NCBI GenBank assembly: GCA_965645245.1
Contig: OZ287087.1
Location: 620,001 to 684,000 of the forward strand
Reading direction: 5' to 3'
DNA from: Massalongia carnosa
Taxonomy: Eukaryota
Length of the DNA: 64,000 nt
Made by a program: the position numbers and the translations under genes. This document shows, piece by piece, positions 1 to 13,800 of this stretch. Each line of letters begins with the position of its first letter. Position 1 is the first letter of the stretch. The notes under the pieces are model-generated. The model saw only the letters and a list, made by a program, of their open reading frames with translations. It made no database searches and had not been told where the DNA came from.

Positions 1-1870
1 GAAGCTACGGTCCTGAGACCCGCTCAATTGCCACAACTGAGTTCCTCGAGAATGATCTGCAATAGGCAACACAAGCGCTTAAAAGGACGACATTCGGCCT
101 GCAACATACAGCTCTCAAGAGGAGGGTGCTAGTGATCTATCACACTCCACCACGGCTATAGACTTCAGTTGACTCCCAAATGTCTTGTTGATTGTGATAG
201 CTTTCAGTCAATCATCCACACTCACTTTGTTAGAACCTATGGGTAACGCTCTTGAGCCTTCGAGCGCCAGTGACCTCCAACATCGACACGCTTTTCAGGT
301 CTGGGTCAACTAGTCCTCAAAGTATCCACCATCTTGGGCACTCAATCTGAAGAAAGCGGTCATAATTATGAGACGCGAAACCCACCTCCGAACGCACAAC
401 TATAGGTGATAGGGACGCATCGGGGGGGCTTCCGATATAACAGGGAGGCCACCAAGAATGTGCCGGAATAGGCTTTGGCTTGCGCTTTGCGCTCCAAGAG
501 ATCCCTCTATCAGTGGTTATGACCAGAGTTACCTGGCAGTGATTACTCGGCAGTCGGACTTGGCCATCGATCATCAAGCTTGATCAGCGCCAGGGAGTGA
601 TCACCATGTTAGTTACCCGGCGGTCGACCGCAAAAATCAAATCAAGAAATTTCCAAAAAAACTCCCCAAAATTAGGTTTAATACCAAATTCTTACCGCTA
701 CCCGGCGGCGTTCGTCTTTATACCAGCATCTGGGCGCCCTATGGGCGCCCAAACTCCCTAATTGAGCACCCGTCCCTTTCGGGAGGAGGTCCCCCCAGAG
801 ACTAGCCACGGAGAGGCCATCGTGCCGGGCCCATCATACTCGTAGGCAGGAAGAGTCTTTTACCTACGCCTCCGCGACCAATGAGGCGCGGGTACCTATA
901 TTGTTATTAGCAAGAGTGAAAAATGGTAATCCGTAGCTGGGTTAGATCACCCAGCCTTCCTAAAAGAGAGTCGTCCCCGAGCGGTCCCATCAGCCTAAAT
1001 GTGCTCCCGAAGAAGCTTACTCAGGCCAATCAGCCCCGGTTCTGACTCCCTCCCGGTGCAAGTCCACTGTTAAAAGCTAGCGTGTATCTCCCCCATCTCC
1101 TCATAGGGTTGGTGGTATTATTATAGCCGGCCTTCACAGGGTCGGGGTCAGTCTCCCGAAACTTTCCGGCACAAGTCCAGGGACACGTTCTCGAGGGTAG
1201 CTGATGCGTCACGTATGCGTTTGTGTATGCGGTGGGGGGCGTTTGGGCGGGGGGGTTGGCTGGGTGGGGAGGGGACTACGGATTGAGAGGAAACGAGCAA
1301 TGGGGGTGAGAGCGAGGGAGAGGCGCAAGGGGGCGGCCGCAAGGGGGCAGCCGCAAGGGGGCGGAGGCGATGAAGTCTCCTAATAAGGTGCTGTTCTATA
1401 GGGTTGACCCCGCTGGGTACAGCTCCCTCTCATTATAATATTTTCTGGCAAACTCGGGGGGGGACCAGGGCCATGCCCCCGCTGGGTGCGGGTTCCCTTA
1501 TAAAAGGTCATTTTCGACGGAGTCGGGAGGCGCAACGGGTCGGAATGGAGGACGAGGAAGTCTCCCGATGCGAGAGCCGTTCCAAGAGGTTACCCTCGCT
1601 AGGTACGGCCCCCCCGCGCCCCCTAAATGGAATGGAGTATTGAGGAATCGGCTTCGGGAGCTCCCGGTGAAGAGAGGTTCGGATGACCCCGAGGGGGCGG
1701 GGGCGAGGGCGGGGGCGATGATGTCCCGGGGGGGTGAATCCAGGCGGTCCTAGACTCTCGAGCTCCCTCCCCTCCGAGCGCCTGCGGACGCGTTCGCGCG
1801 GTGGGGATAGAGAGCACTCTCGCCCTAAAAACACTTAGCCGGATGGGGCTGAAGCTCAGTAAATCTGTTG
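1..1870 (-). mobile_element. Degenerate non-LTR retrotransposon relic (ORF1/gag-like part, probably L1-like)
   Basis: ~95-240 is clearly homologous to ~6322-6460 (gcctgcaacat-cagctctcaagag...cagycaatcatcca); minus strand has eroded Cys/His knuckle-like segments and many stops; boundaries approximate. Confidence 0.45.
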
Positions 1871-2017
1871 AGAATTGAGCCGAGATGTCTGCTTATTAAT
1901 AAGAGCACTAACCGAATGCGGATCAAGCACTAAGGGTTATTTCGGCCGTGGCAACACATCACTAATCATTCGAGATGTCATCTATCTGCCAGCTAAGGGA
2001 GGCAAAACGGAATATAT

Positions 2018-2272
2018 TGTTAGATGGCGAGGCTACCATTGGTTAGCTGGTCAGGCTACCATCAATCTAGGCATCCATCGTGAGTCACACGGGTGTCTAC
2101 CAGGCACCTATGGAGGTGCCTAACAGGCAGCTATGGGAAGCCTACAGCATTACTGCTGTGTGACTGCTATAAAAGCAGGTAGATAGCCCACATAGATAAT
2201 AACCCTCAATGAAATGTATGCTTCTTATTTGCCCTACTTCCGTTTCATGATCAATAGCCTGGTGTTTCAACA
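2018..2272. repeat. LTR-like repeat (TG...CA), related to 3996-4176
   Basis: Starts tgttag, ends tcaaca; shares gtgactgctataaaagcagg-agatagcccacatagataat with 4070-4110; no clean TSD. Confidence 0.5.
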
Positions 2273-2779
2273 AAATCGTAGTAACAAGGTTACTCTACCT
2301 ACCACTTACTTACACACACCAACCCGTCCGGGCGATTAAGTTGTATGTAAGAGATTCATCCCCGCCGCGCAAGGTGAAATTGCAGTTCACCGACTAGGAC
2401 TTGAGATGTTCCCTTAGCGGCAATGCACGATCGTGTGACATGAAAAGTTGATGGCATAACGTTATAGTGACGGCTTGCAGGGCTGAGCTAGAACCAATGA
2501 GGCTAAGTGATTATTCCAACAATAGAACTGCCGCAAAAACCAATTATCCGAATCAACGATTCCTCTCGATATTGAGGCGGGTGGCCGAGCTATGATCGGA
2601 GGCGTTTCAGCCTTCAATATCAGCTCAGATACTCGAGGACTCCTGAATGACTGGGCCTCGTAAACGCCATGTCAACTTGTTTTGCCATTCAGGCGCGATG
2701 TCAAAGATCGACATGAAGAGAGGCCTTCCTCAATGTCGAAGTTTCTGTTATTAGTGTGGCTCAAAAAATGTCAGTACGA

Positions 2780-5430
2780 AGTACTTACATATAACTTCCG
2801 CGAGAGGAACGGGGTTACGGTGGTCAGTATTCTTAGGGGTTCTGTCCTCATACCCGCTTAAAAGAGGCACCGTCATACCTTGTCTTTAGATCATACTTCA
2901 GGCTTAGCACACTATGGCTCTGTTCATCATCATTCAGTGTATCATCGCCGTTCGATAGATCCCTTGGGCATTTCTTAACGTGATCGGTTGGTTCCTATAT
3001 TAGTTTTGCGATACATTTTCCAAATCTGCCAGACCGCTTCGGAGTTAAAGGATATATCTATCCTCTTCTCAGGTCGAATTTATCAGTGAGCCCTTGTCTC
3101 AGTGCGAACAGGCCGATCAAGTCCCTGCGGTTGGATGACTTCACCGCTCGGATTCTGCCTTTAGTCGCTTCGTGATAGGCCATTGGGAAAGTATTCCATA
3201 TGCTCTGGGCGATTGCGCAGTCGATCCAAATATATTCAATTGTTTGAGGTTCATCATTCATTCCCTTGAGGTATCCTCCGCGCTGTTCTTTTCGAGTGTT
3301 TATGGGCGTAGAGGCTCCCCATAGAAGCCTCTAACGACGTTCAGCATCTGCTGTGAATCTCAGGTTGTCACTCTGATTGCCCAATCGTTCAGCGCTCGAA
3401 TCACTGCCCCTTGGGCCTCTTGAGGCCCTTCCAACCTCTGGTAAAAATAAGTCTCAGCTTGCTCACCGAGAATATATTTTTGACCATTTCGTTGTAGCAC
3501 TAATCTTAGTCTTTTCTCTCGTCTTCCTTCCAGCTCTTTCAATTCGATCGTTGAAGCATTCCGCTCTCTGCTTACAGTCGGTTCCGTCCTTTAAGGCCTG
3601 CAGCCGAAGGATATGCTTCTGTGACCTAAGCTTTCGCTTAAATGCTTCTGCACACTTTCTAAGGATTCACTGAACGTCTGCTTTGACGCGTTCCCAGGCT
3701 TCGAGGATTTCAGCGTACCCCCCACTTTGGCGATTCTCATCCGAAATCACCGGAATGTGATGCCTTAGGTGTGTGTATTGAGCCTCGATCGCCTCTCGAC
3801 AGTCCCTTAAGACGAGTTCTAACCCCATATGATTGCCGCTAATGCGCACTAACGACCCCACTCGAAAGCGGGATTTGCGAGGCGATAGTCAACTGAAATC
3901 ATAAAGTGGCCCGACATTTTCGTGGTTGTCTAGTACCAATCGAATGCACTTATATTCGATCTATACGTGATCGACCCCCGATTCCTATGCTCGTATGATG
4001 CCCATCTAGGTGGTATGTAACAGGCAGTTATAGGAGGCCTACAGCATCACTGTTATGTGACTGCTTTTTGTGACTGCTATAAAAGCAGGAAGATAGCCCA
4101 CATAGATAATTATCTTCAATGACAATCATGCTATTATACCTACACGTAAATCATCATATTCATCAGTACTGCATCAGTACTGTCCTCGTTCACTCCCACC
4201 ATGTTCCAATCTCCGCAGAGAAAGTCGCATTTTGGTCTCATTGCCGAGTTCCTCCGACTACTCCGCAGTTAAGGCTCCTGCCCACAAGATTCGGTCTTGA
4301 GCTCGTGGAGGGGCGTTAAACACCCTACCACAAAGCTCTCCCGCATGGTTTTAACGGGTGTTATCGATACCTTCCCCGCGAAGTCCCCCCAGTGATTTAT
4401 CATGCATAAATTTTAAGACAGCGTCGACTGAAGAAAGCGAGGTCGACCGGATTTCGTTAGACGATTGTCGTTGCTGCTCGGTTGGTTAATCTTGTGGTCC
4501 TGTGTTCTTTGGCGCTCGTAGCGTGCTCGACGGACTCGAACTCAAAAGCAACGTCTTTCCCATATCTGGCAACTGAAATCGACGCGGGTAGCTGGTTTTC
4601 ACCATCCGCCCGTAGGCCATTTCATTTTTTCACCAGCTCTTGAGGAGCCCAGGTTCTATGATGGGGGTGACAGCGGCTGCCGATTAAACAGTAGCCGTTT
4701 GAGATCATACGAGCGAACAGGGCCACCTCAGTGAACGGTGCCTTTTTCTTTCTTTGCGCTCGCGGGATCGGATGTTTGGGTCAAGGAGATTCTTTTCAGT
4801 CCGTCCAGAGACATCATTCAACTTGATGTTACACAGTTGAGCTCTAATCTCTTTCTCCAAATCCTTAAGTTCCTCGGCTTTTTCCCGGCGACTCTTTCGA
4901 GCTTTAATTTGCTCTTTTGGTTTTCATTTTGGGACGAGATGATCTGACCCTTTTGGATTCTGTGTGCGTCGGCGTTTCTAATATCTTTAGAGGGAAGGGT
5001 ATGCTATGGTTAACTTGTGCGGCGGTTGATTCAGTTGATGTTGATGGGGGTGCCAATTCCCCCGCAGGCGCTGGGCCGGCTGGGATCGCCGACATCTCAA
5101 TATCAATATCTGGATTGTCGGTTGCTATTGACATATTATCGACATTAGAGTCTTCAGGACTTAGGTCTTCTCCACATTGTGACCTAGAGATGCAGCGATC
5201 GGGAATGAAATGTTTAAAAGTCCCCAAAGGAATCTTCACCTCCCACTCATTTCATTGTACTACTTGCTTCCTCGAGGCCACCACCCACACGGAGTTTTTT
5301 CAGCGGCTTTCTAGCAGCTTCCTCCTGATAACGTTTGGATCCAGCCACCTTAAAGTCCTCCCTGACTACCTGAAGGGTAGAGAGCTCGTCAGTAAAAATT
5401 TTTTGATTTGCCATTTAGTCATGTATTGAG
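2780..5430 (-). mobile_element. L1-like LINE relic with APE endonuclease and C-terminal zinc motif; RT domain deleted
   Basis: Minus-strand motifs FLCGDWNMV (~4200-4230), SRIDRI (~3950-3975), FY-x-x-LY linker (~3310-3330), then directly EPQTIEYIWIDCAIAQSIW (~3200-3255) and AVWQIWK (~3015-3040); many stops/frameshifts. Confidence 0.65.
3996..4176. repeat. LTR-like insert in the LINE endonuclease region
   Basis: tgatgc...gcatca termini; homologous to 2018-2272; lies between the GDWN and SRIDRI motifs. Confidence 0.5.
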
Positions 5431-5449
5431 AAATCAACTTCCCCTCTTA

Positions 5450-7200
5450 AAGCACTACCGTACCCCATATAGCGGATTTCTTACGTGCGATTAAAGTACC
5501 GCAAAGGGAAAATGGCTCGAGATTAATTCTCTTAAGCTCACGTCTTCTATCTAATCAACGCCGAAAATCGACTCAGCCTAAAACCACCCCGCCTTGATCC
5601 GCCCCTCCTGGATCTTACGGTTAAGATCCTACTATTCCAATCTAAAATCCCAATGAGATCAACAGCCTTTCCCCTCATGGAGGGAAGGTCTAAGCTAGAC
5701 AACTGCCCAGTGAAATTCTGCGCGAACGTTTCATTCTTCGGGGCAGCCGGGACAAGTAGGGAATTCACAGATCTCTATCAATACGAGCTACAGTCACATA
5801 TCAAAGAATCATAAATTACAGGTAGGCGGGATAGCTTATTTACCTTCAATCACGGGGTAGATCAAAAATACTGCCAGCCTCAGCATATTATCCCCGGGCG
5901 AGCAATTCGGTACCTCTTAGTGTTAACCACCTAAGCGCCCCACCGTGAACGGAGGTACAATAACGCAAGCTCTAGGTGCTTACCTCAAAAAGAGCCTAGT
6001 GATCCTATACCTACAAATATAAGTCTCCAGCCGTGCACATACAAGCCATGCATAGCTCAATATTTCAGACAAGCATATGACTGCTGGCAGAATCAACCAG
6101 GTCACTATCTTTGCCCGGGGTGGCTGACCGAGAACGTGCACGCCCCGGAAGATCCCCCTAAGACGATCAAGATCGTTAAACAGTTGGGGCAGACCCGCGA
6201 GAGTCCATCCGCCCGGCCCAAGGTACTCGCCGGGCCGAAGCCGCGACAAACCCCAAAGACCATCCAATTGCCCCCCAAGAGATGATAAAAACGGTGCAAG
6301 ACGCCCGCGAGGGCGACGAACTGCCTGCAACATGCAGCTCTCAAGAGAAGGATACCCACGACCTATCACGCCTCACGGCGGACATAGGCTTCGGTTGACC
6401 CCTAGTTGTTTTGTTGATAGCGATAGCCTTCAGCCAATCATCCATAGACTCCCTTAGAACACGCGGGCGACGCCTCCGGGCCTTCGGGTGTCGGGGATCA
6501 CGAACCCCGAAACCGTCCCCCAAAAGGATCTGTTCGGCGCCAATGGTCCCCGACAGCGACACGCTTCCCAGGCCTGAGCCGGCTAGTCCTCAAGTACCCG
6601 CCGTCTTGGGCACTCGACCTGAAGAGAGCGATCCTACAAGTATGAGACAATGGTGCTTATGCGAAGCGGTGCAGAGGGGAGGACAACGCCCAGAGAACTC
6701 CCCCGAAATGAACTCCCCGCACTGCACGCGCAAGCACGTCAGACGGGGGGACCCCTCGGGGTTGATCTTTTTTGCCCAGGCGATCCCCAAGCATGCACCA
6801 CAGCCAACCACAAGGCGGTATGTGGCCACGCCAGAAAGCGCAAATGAGCGATGTAGGGATCGCCCGCCGGCGATTGGGACACGAGGGATTCATTCAAAAG
6901 GGGATCGCTGTAATCGACGGATTTCCGTACGGCGAAGTTTGCCCCTCCGAACGGACCCCGAGCACCCCAATTTGGGCACGCCGGCGAGCTTTCAATTACC
7001 GGGAGAGACCACCGACCATGAATGACCCCAAAGGACCACGGTCGTGCTTATAACTTTTCGGGGAATCCCCCCTCATCAGCTCATCTACTACGGTCGAGAA
7101 AACTTTCAACTTTATTTCCGAAGCATCCTTCATCATATATCCACTGGCTATGATTTGCCGCCTAGTTTGTGCGCACAAGTTCCCGCCGAAATTTAGTTTT
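5450..7200 (-). mobile_element. Further L1-like LINE relic (ORF1 and start of endonuclease)
   Basis: Homology to 95-240; knuckle-like PPLCTASHKHHC; LIGILDWN resembles the APE GDWN motif; heavily decayed. Confidence 0.45.
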
Positions 7201-7549
7201 CAAAATGTAGGTATTTGAGCAAAAAGTCCGACCTGGGTTATAGCGCGCGGGACTTGGTGTATTGATTGACTATACATTATTTTGTCAGTGCAAGGTATTT
7301 GGGGAAAAGGCTGTCGTAAAACTCTGGCACCCTGCGGCATAGGGCCGACGATGAGGATAAATTCAAGGGCGAATTATTGTAATTGTTAATATTTACAATT
7401 TTTGAAATGAAATCCGAATTTCAATTAAATTCAGCAAGTTATTGACTTGATAAAAGTGTAATCGCAAGATATGTAATACAGCAACATATGTACAGTTGGA
7501 GATTCATCGACGGACGAGCGACAGGAGTTCGAATAATCAGGATTGCGGG

Positions 7550-7817
7550 TGTGACGGTTCAACCACGATGGAAATTGACTCTATCTACTGGGTTTCTATA
7601 CACTAAGAATATCAAAGATGCGGAAAGGAAAACAAGCAAAAGGTGCAGTTGTGGGTGAAGATATACACGCGCGCTTATCCATATATGGCTAGACATGACA
7701 CTTCAATAAGTGTCCCATTCAGCCTCCGGTCCAGGCTCCGCAGAGCCGCAACGATACTCTGAGGGCCGAGGTGGATAGAAAGGTAGGAAGTAAGGTGAGC
7801 ATGTTCGAATCGTGACA
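7550..7817. mobile_element. Solo LTR (268 bp)
   Basis: tgtgacggttc...aatcgtgaca with 5-bp TSD gcggg on both sides; first ~95 bp homologous to 38943-39323. Confidence 0.85.
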
Positions 7818-9437
7818 GCGGGGTCGAAAAATTCTCGAGAAAGTCGATATTATTCTCTCGCTGAAATTGATTGATATTTGACTGAAGTGAGAAAAGAAGA
7901 TAGAGAAGATTCAGTGAACAAAACATCAATCGTCAAACGGCCAATTCTCCTCCCACAACTTCCGCTCATGCTCATCGTGAGCGTACAGCTCAAGGATCTG
8001 ATCCTTAATTTGTTGCAGGGCATTTCTGGCCTCGTCATATTGGTCCACCCGTACGACACCTTTTTCTGGAAACAGATCCCTGCCAATGCTGTTTTTAACG
8101 CTTAGCATAAGGTTCATGCCTTCAGCCGCTCCCTTGGCATCGGCCTCTATCTCGGTTCTCTCTGCCGATGAGAAGTGGAACGGATAGGGGGGAAAATCTT
8201 GAGCCACGACTTCAGGAAGATCCAACCAAACGTTCTCGAGCTCGAGGATTGAGGCTCGATATTGTGCTTCGCCATCAATGAGCAGCCTTTGTGCAACAAG
8301 CAGAAGCTCGAAACTTGCGGTTTGTTGATATTCCCAAGTGCGGTAGAGAAGGGGTACCTCAATGTGCTGAAGAATTCTGTACATGGTCGAGAGCATTTGA
8401 CTTAGATATAATGACATGGCTTTCTTTTGCAAGGCGTCATCAAGTTGATCATAATTGTCTGGAAGTTCTGGTCTCTCAGTTCCCTGCGTAGGCGGTCCCT
8501 CGTAGTCTAGGAAATACGGCTGGCGAACCTGATTAAACAAAGGCGCTAGCTCAGTCGACTGCCAATCGATGATTGCAACGATTTCGCTGGGATTTTCGGG
8601 GTTGACAAATATGTTTTCTTGATGAAGATCCGGGTGCCAAAGGCATGATGATGACATTGACCGATCAATCGGCAGCATGTATTTAGCAATGGTGAGATAC
8701 GAATGCAAGGCTTTCAGCTTCTTCTCTCTGCTCGTCATGTACGTACCCGGCCCACGGAGCGTGATGGGCGACTTGGGTAGTCGAAAGATTTCGTTCACAC
8801 ATGTGATCTCTCGGTTGCCAATAGCTGCTAAGTAGTCTTCCACTGAGTCCCCTAGAAGCTGAGCATTAGCCGCCGATCAGGCCACATCTGGTTTTAGGTT
8901 CACAAACATGGGCCTCTATCAAACTGAACCGATGCTCTACCGGCATCATAGTATTCTCGTCCGGTTGAAGGACACCGACCGCAAATCTTTGGTTGAACAT
9001 GGCACGACCATGTTCATCAAAGTAGAGCGGATCCTGTGAATTCAGCTTCTTTACATCGTTGGCAAAGTAGAGACTCCCAAATTGCTCGAACAAGGTTGAC
9101 GTCCAATTTTTTTGGAAGCGAAGAATTTGTTTAACGACCTCCAAACGGTCTTCCAGTTTCATCTCAGTCCATACGTGTTCAAGTTGAACGCCGGGAGCCT
9201 TTTGCATTATGATGTGCTCAGCCCCCACAGCGTTGCTCCGGGCTTCCGAGCTCCAGGCGTAAACTTTAGGGACTGGAGTCTCGAGGACGTCGCGGGCCAA
9301 TAACAAATATTAGCACCATTGCTCCAAATAGGGTCATTAGCATCACAAATTCCATTGTCGCCACCTCGCTTGCAGTTGTAAGTTGACCTGGTCCAGCGTT
9401 TGGGTTAGGCAAGACGACCACCTGTTTGCCATCTTCC

Positions 9438-9634
9438 TGTTAGAATGTACAAATCAGGTTACTTCATTTCAGCCGCACTCACCTTCTACCGCACGAGTAT
9501 GGCGCACGCTAATGGCTAGACGTATCGCTAGTCTAATACTAGCATACCGTACATTGTCTATAAATCTAGCTATTCCCACTATATAGAACAACAGCAAGCG
9601 TTCTATCCTCTATCTACTATACTACCTTTTGATA
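9438..9634 (+). repeat. 5' LTR of Copia-1
   Basis: tgttagaatg...cttttgata followed by PBS. Confidence 0.95.
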
Positions 9635-9899
9635 GGTTATGAGCCCGGCCGCAGGGCGCCTCTTTACATGTGTTTGCTTGTCTTACTTTACCTACCCTAA
9701 CACAAGCCTCCTTACCGTCGCAAACAATTACCGTCGCGAATAATCTCCTACAAAAAAATCCGACACAAATCGACACATGAAACAGTCGGCAGTGTTTGAG
9801 ATGGCTAAGCACTACTATCGGGCGCCCGGCTTCTTCTTTGCCCCTTACTAAACGAACGCTAACAAATATTTTAACAGGCACCTCCTTGCACTTCGTTTC

Positions 9900-10224
9900 G
9901 ATGTCTCGGATGATCTACATTCCCCACAAAAAACCGGGAATGTGACATCCAGATGTCTCGGATGATCTACGTTCCCAATAAAAAACCGGGAATGTGACAT
10001 CCACTTCACTTTGATGTCTCGGATGATCTACATTCCCAACAAAAAATCGGAAATGTGACATCCAGGTGTCTCGGATGATCTACATTTCCAATAAAAAACC
10101 GGAAATGTGACATTCACTTCGATGTCTCGGATGATCTACATTCCCAACAAAAAACCGGGAATGTGACATCCAGATGTCTCGGATGATCTACGTTCCCAAC
10201 AAAAAACCGGGAATGTGACATCCA
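9900..10224 (+). repeat. Six-copy ~52-bp tandem hairpin repeat in the Copia leader
   Basis: Unit gatgtctcggatgatctacattcccaacaaaaaaccgggaatgtgacatcca, short spacers after copies 2 and 4. Confidence 0.95.
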
Positions 10225-10827
10225 TTGGGATGAAACCAAATCTCCCTGTAATCGATTTTGCCCTCTATTCATAGTCAGCATCTGCGTATCAGTTATAAGA
10301 CTGCAGGATTATGGCTTCGAGCAACAAAAAACGCTCTCGATTTATCAACCCCAAAGGCACAACTAAACGCCTCAAATCTATCTTTGCACCTGCATCTGCT
10401 TCTGCGTTTAGATCTATTATATCAATCACTGCCCCATTCCTACGTGGCACTCTTGCCGAGATCCAATGACTCTCAGAGCCTCAACCAAATAATAGGCCGG
10501 CAACAAGGCTTGAACGGGATTCACAACATACATTACAGGCGGCTAGTGCGGAAATCGTTGCTTTCTCTTAGAGGATAACTCAGATCAATCAAAATTGGAT
10601 TGCTTTGTACCATCATCCCTGAGCCTCCAGTCACTCCCGGTCAGTCCACATCAAAATCGGACCTAGAACCGCCCAGCGACTGTGATCCTTTCGATCTAAG
10701 AGCCAGAACCAAGTCACCAAGCACTTATAATAGCACTCCGTCGGAATCCGGTAAAACCAAACACCAGTTCAAGCCAGTCCGTTAACAAGGACAATCCATT
10801 AAGCTCTTCCAATAAACCCTTTCCATC

Positions 10828-13800
10828 ATGAGTGAAAAAATCTCTGGATCGGGGTCCTATAGCGCTATTGATAGGATCCCTAAGCTAGTGGACCACGAGG
10901 GTTATCCAGCATGGAAGCGAGCCATGCGAGATTGCCTCAAAATGATAGATCTTTGGATCTATTGTGATAACACCGAAGCTGCACCACGCCCAAACGCTCC
11001 CAATGATGGCTTCAACAAATGGAAAAAGGGCCAAGATAAGGCCTGCACTGCTCTACGATTAGCTTGTGAAGGAAATGCCTACACCGATATAGAAGACCAT
11101 ACTACTGCTTCCGTCGCCTGGGACCTGCTTGAGTCAAACTATAAGCCTCGCGGTTCGGGATTCCTCAATGACACCTTTAGAAAATTAGACAACCTTATCC
11201 TATCGGATTGCAGCAGCCCTGCAGACTACGTTACCCAATTTCGCGCCACGGTGAATAAGCTTCGCACCTTCTCAAGCAAGCTAAGCCTGGACGAAAACTG
11301 GCTTATCTATCGCTTCCATACCAATTTAGGCTTCGAATACAACAGCTATTTCGAACGATACGCTCAGGATCATGATCCTTTCAATGAAATGGGTGAACCC
11401 AAGCACACGTTAAGTCAGGCTATGCAGCATTTCCAAAACACGGTGACCAACCCAAGCAAGTCCAGCGATAAGGCCGTAATCGCAATGGCAGCTGTTTCAA
11501 ACGCTCAAACCCAAGCAGGAGCTCAACCCGGAACAGCCCATTCTCGAATCATCACCAAGACCATCAAGTTCTGCAACCACTGCCGAAAAGACTATCACGT
11601 AGAGAGCGAGTGTCGTGAAAAATATCCACACCTCGTTAACCAAGACTCACAGCGTAAGTCCAATAAGCGTCGTAGGAATTCCAAAAGTCAAGGTCAAAGC
11701 CAAAAGCCAACCGGAAACAATGACTCAACCAAAGGAGCCTTCTGCGCCTACATGGCCACCGCAGATATAACCAAAATATCTAAGCTCTGGATCTGTGACT
11801 CTGGAACTAGCCAACATATTACCCACGATCGCTCCATCTTCACCTCATTCAAGACATCCGATTGCCCTCCAATTCAAGGTATTGGAGGAGTATTAATTCC
11901 CAAAGGAATAGGTAACGTCATGTTGCGGTGTGCCGGTAACGAGGGTCTTCGGGAGTTCCCTCTTTTCGATGTGTTATACGTTCCGGACGGAGGCCTAAAT
12001 CTCATCTCCCAAGGACAATTACAACGAGATGGATGTCCCCTGAAGATTGTACCAGAGGGAATTGAAATCGGGAACTATGGTATTATCGCTCGCCGCCAGG
12101 ACAACAATCTGTATATCCTGAATATGTGGAACGTCTCTGAAGCCGCTCTCGCTCTTGCTGCAATTAATAGCGAGGCGATAAAAATGTGGCACGCTCGTTT
12201 AGGCCATCTTGGAAATCAAAACATTCTCAAGCTCGCTGGCATGTCAAAAGGAATGGACCTCACCAAGCCCCCGCCCCAAGACGCCTGTCCTCCGTGCGCC
12301 ATCGCTCAGTCCCAAGTAGAACCACACCGGGCCCCCATCCAACCAGGCAAGCACCCGCTGGACTTAATTCACAGTGATGTACAAGGACCTTTCCCAGAAG
12401 CCTTGAACGGCGCCAAATATATGGTGACCTTTCTTTGCGATTTCGATAAACGGTCCCACGTCACCTTACTGCGCGTCAAAAGCGGAGTCCTTCAAGCTTT
12501 TAAAAACTACAAGAAGCAAAATGAATATGGGGACAAACGAATTAAGCGCTTGCGATCGGACTGTGGGGGTGAGTATGACTCCAAGGACTTCGAGAATTTC
12601 AGAAACGAGCATGGCATTCAGTGGGAACCTACCGTACCGGGAAATCCACCCATGAACGGGACAGCCGAGCGCCTAGGTCAAACGCTTCACAAGTTAGCCA
12701 GCACCATGCGAGAAGGCGCTAAACTAGACATCAAATATTGGGCTGAGATGGTTCTCACTGCCAACTACCTAAGAAATCGACAACCAACTGCGGGACGCTC
12801 CATCACCCCCTACGAGTCTCACACCGGCAGCCCACCAGAACTAGGACATCTAAGGATAATAGGACAGACTGGCTATGCGCAAAATCGCAAGCCCTCCACC
12901 GGATGGAAGAAATTTCAGGAACGAGCCACCAAATGTACTTTAGTAGGATACGAAGGCGATCACATCTATCGAATGATAAATCCACGGGGCGCGGTCATGC
13001 GTTATTCCAATGTTCAGTGGATAGATAACAACCCCCCAACTCCTCCTTCCTTATCATTCTCTCAAACTAAAAGAGCCCTACATGTTGGACAGTCAGGACC
13101 GCCCACAAGAAAGCAAAAAATTACCCATCATACGGACTCCCCTCATACGGACTTAGTCGACGCTCATGAATCCATAGAATCAATTCCCACTGGACCTCTC
13201 CCATCAAACGCTGGAAAAGAGGCATTGGCAAACCAACTGCCCATTGAGCCTTGGTCCCAGGCAGATATTCTCTCTAAGCATCCAAAACTTCGCGCCCCCT
13301 CGCCTGACCCGCTTGCTCTTTTGGCTCTTCTTGCTCGAGCCAATGACCCGGAGCCATACGAGCCTAAAACCTATAAACAGGCCGTAGATAGTCGGGAGGA
13401 AAAGGATTGGCGAAGGGCAATGCAGGAAGAAATTGACTCTATCAACGAAAATGATACCTGGATCCTCACCTCCCTGCCCCCGGACCGCAAAGCCCTGCGA
13501 GGCAAATGGGTTTATAAAATCAAACGAGGCCCGGCTGGCGAGATTCTTCGTTACAAGGCTCGATGGGTAGTCAGAGGCTTTGAGCAACGTGAAGGCATTG
13601 ACTACAATGAGACTTTTGCTTCAGTAGTGAAGCCAATGAGCTATAAAGCCATCTTCGCTATCGCTGCAGCCAATGATTGGGAAATCCACCAAATGGACGT
13701 AAAAACAGCCTTCTTGTACGGAAGGGTGGACGAGGAAATCTACGTGGAGCAACCAACCGGTCTGGATGACGGGTCAACGAGAGTTTGCAAGTTGAAGAAA

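Noticed and set aside
6411..7025. 204-aa plus ORF and other GC-rich ORFs in 1-7200
   Set aside because: Antisense or alternative frames of decayed LINE sequence
9900..10224. CRISPR-like array
   Set aside because: Units are contiguous without unique spacers, lie inside a Copia leader in a eukaryote, and no cas genes are present
10258..10785. Extra ORFs in the Copia leader
   Set aside because: Non-ATG starts, short, no motifs
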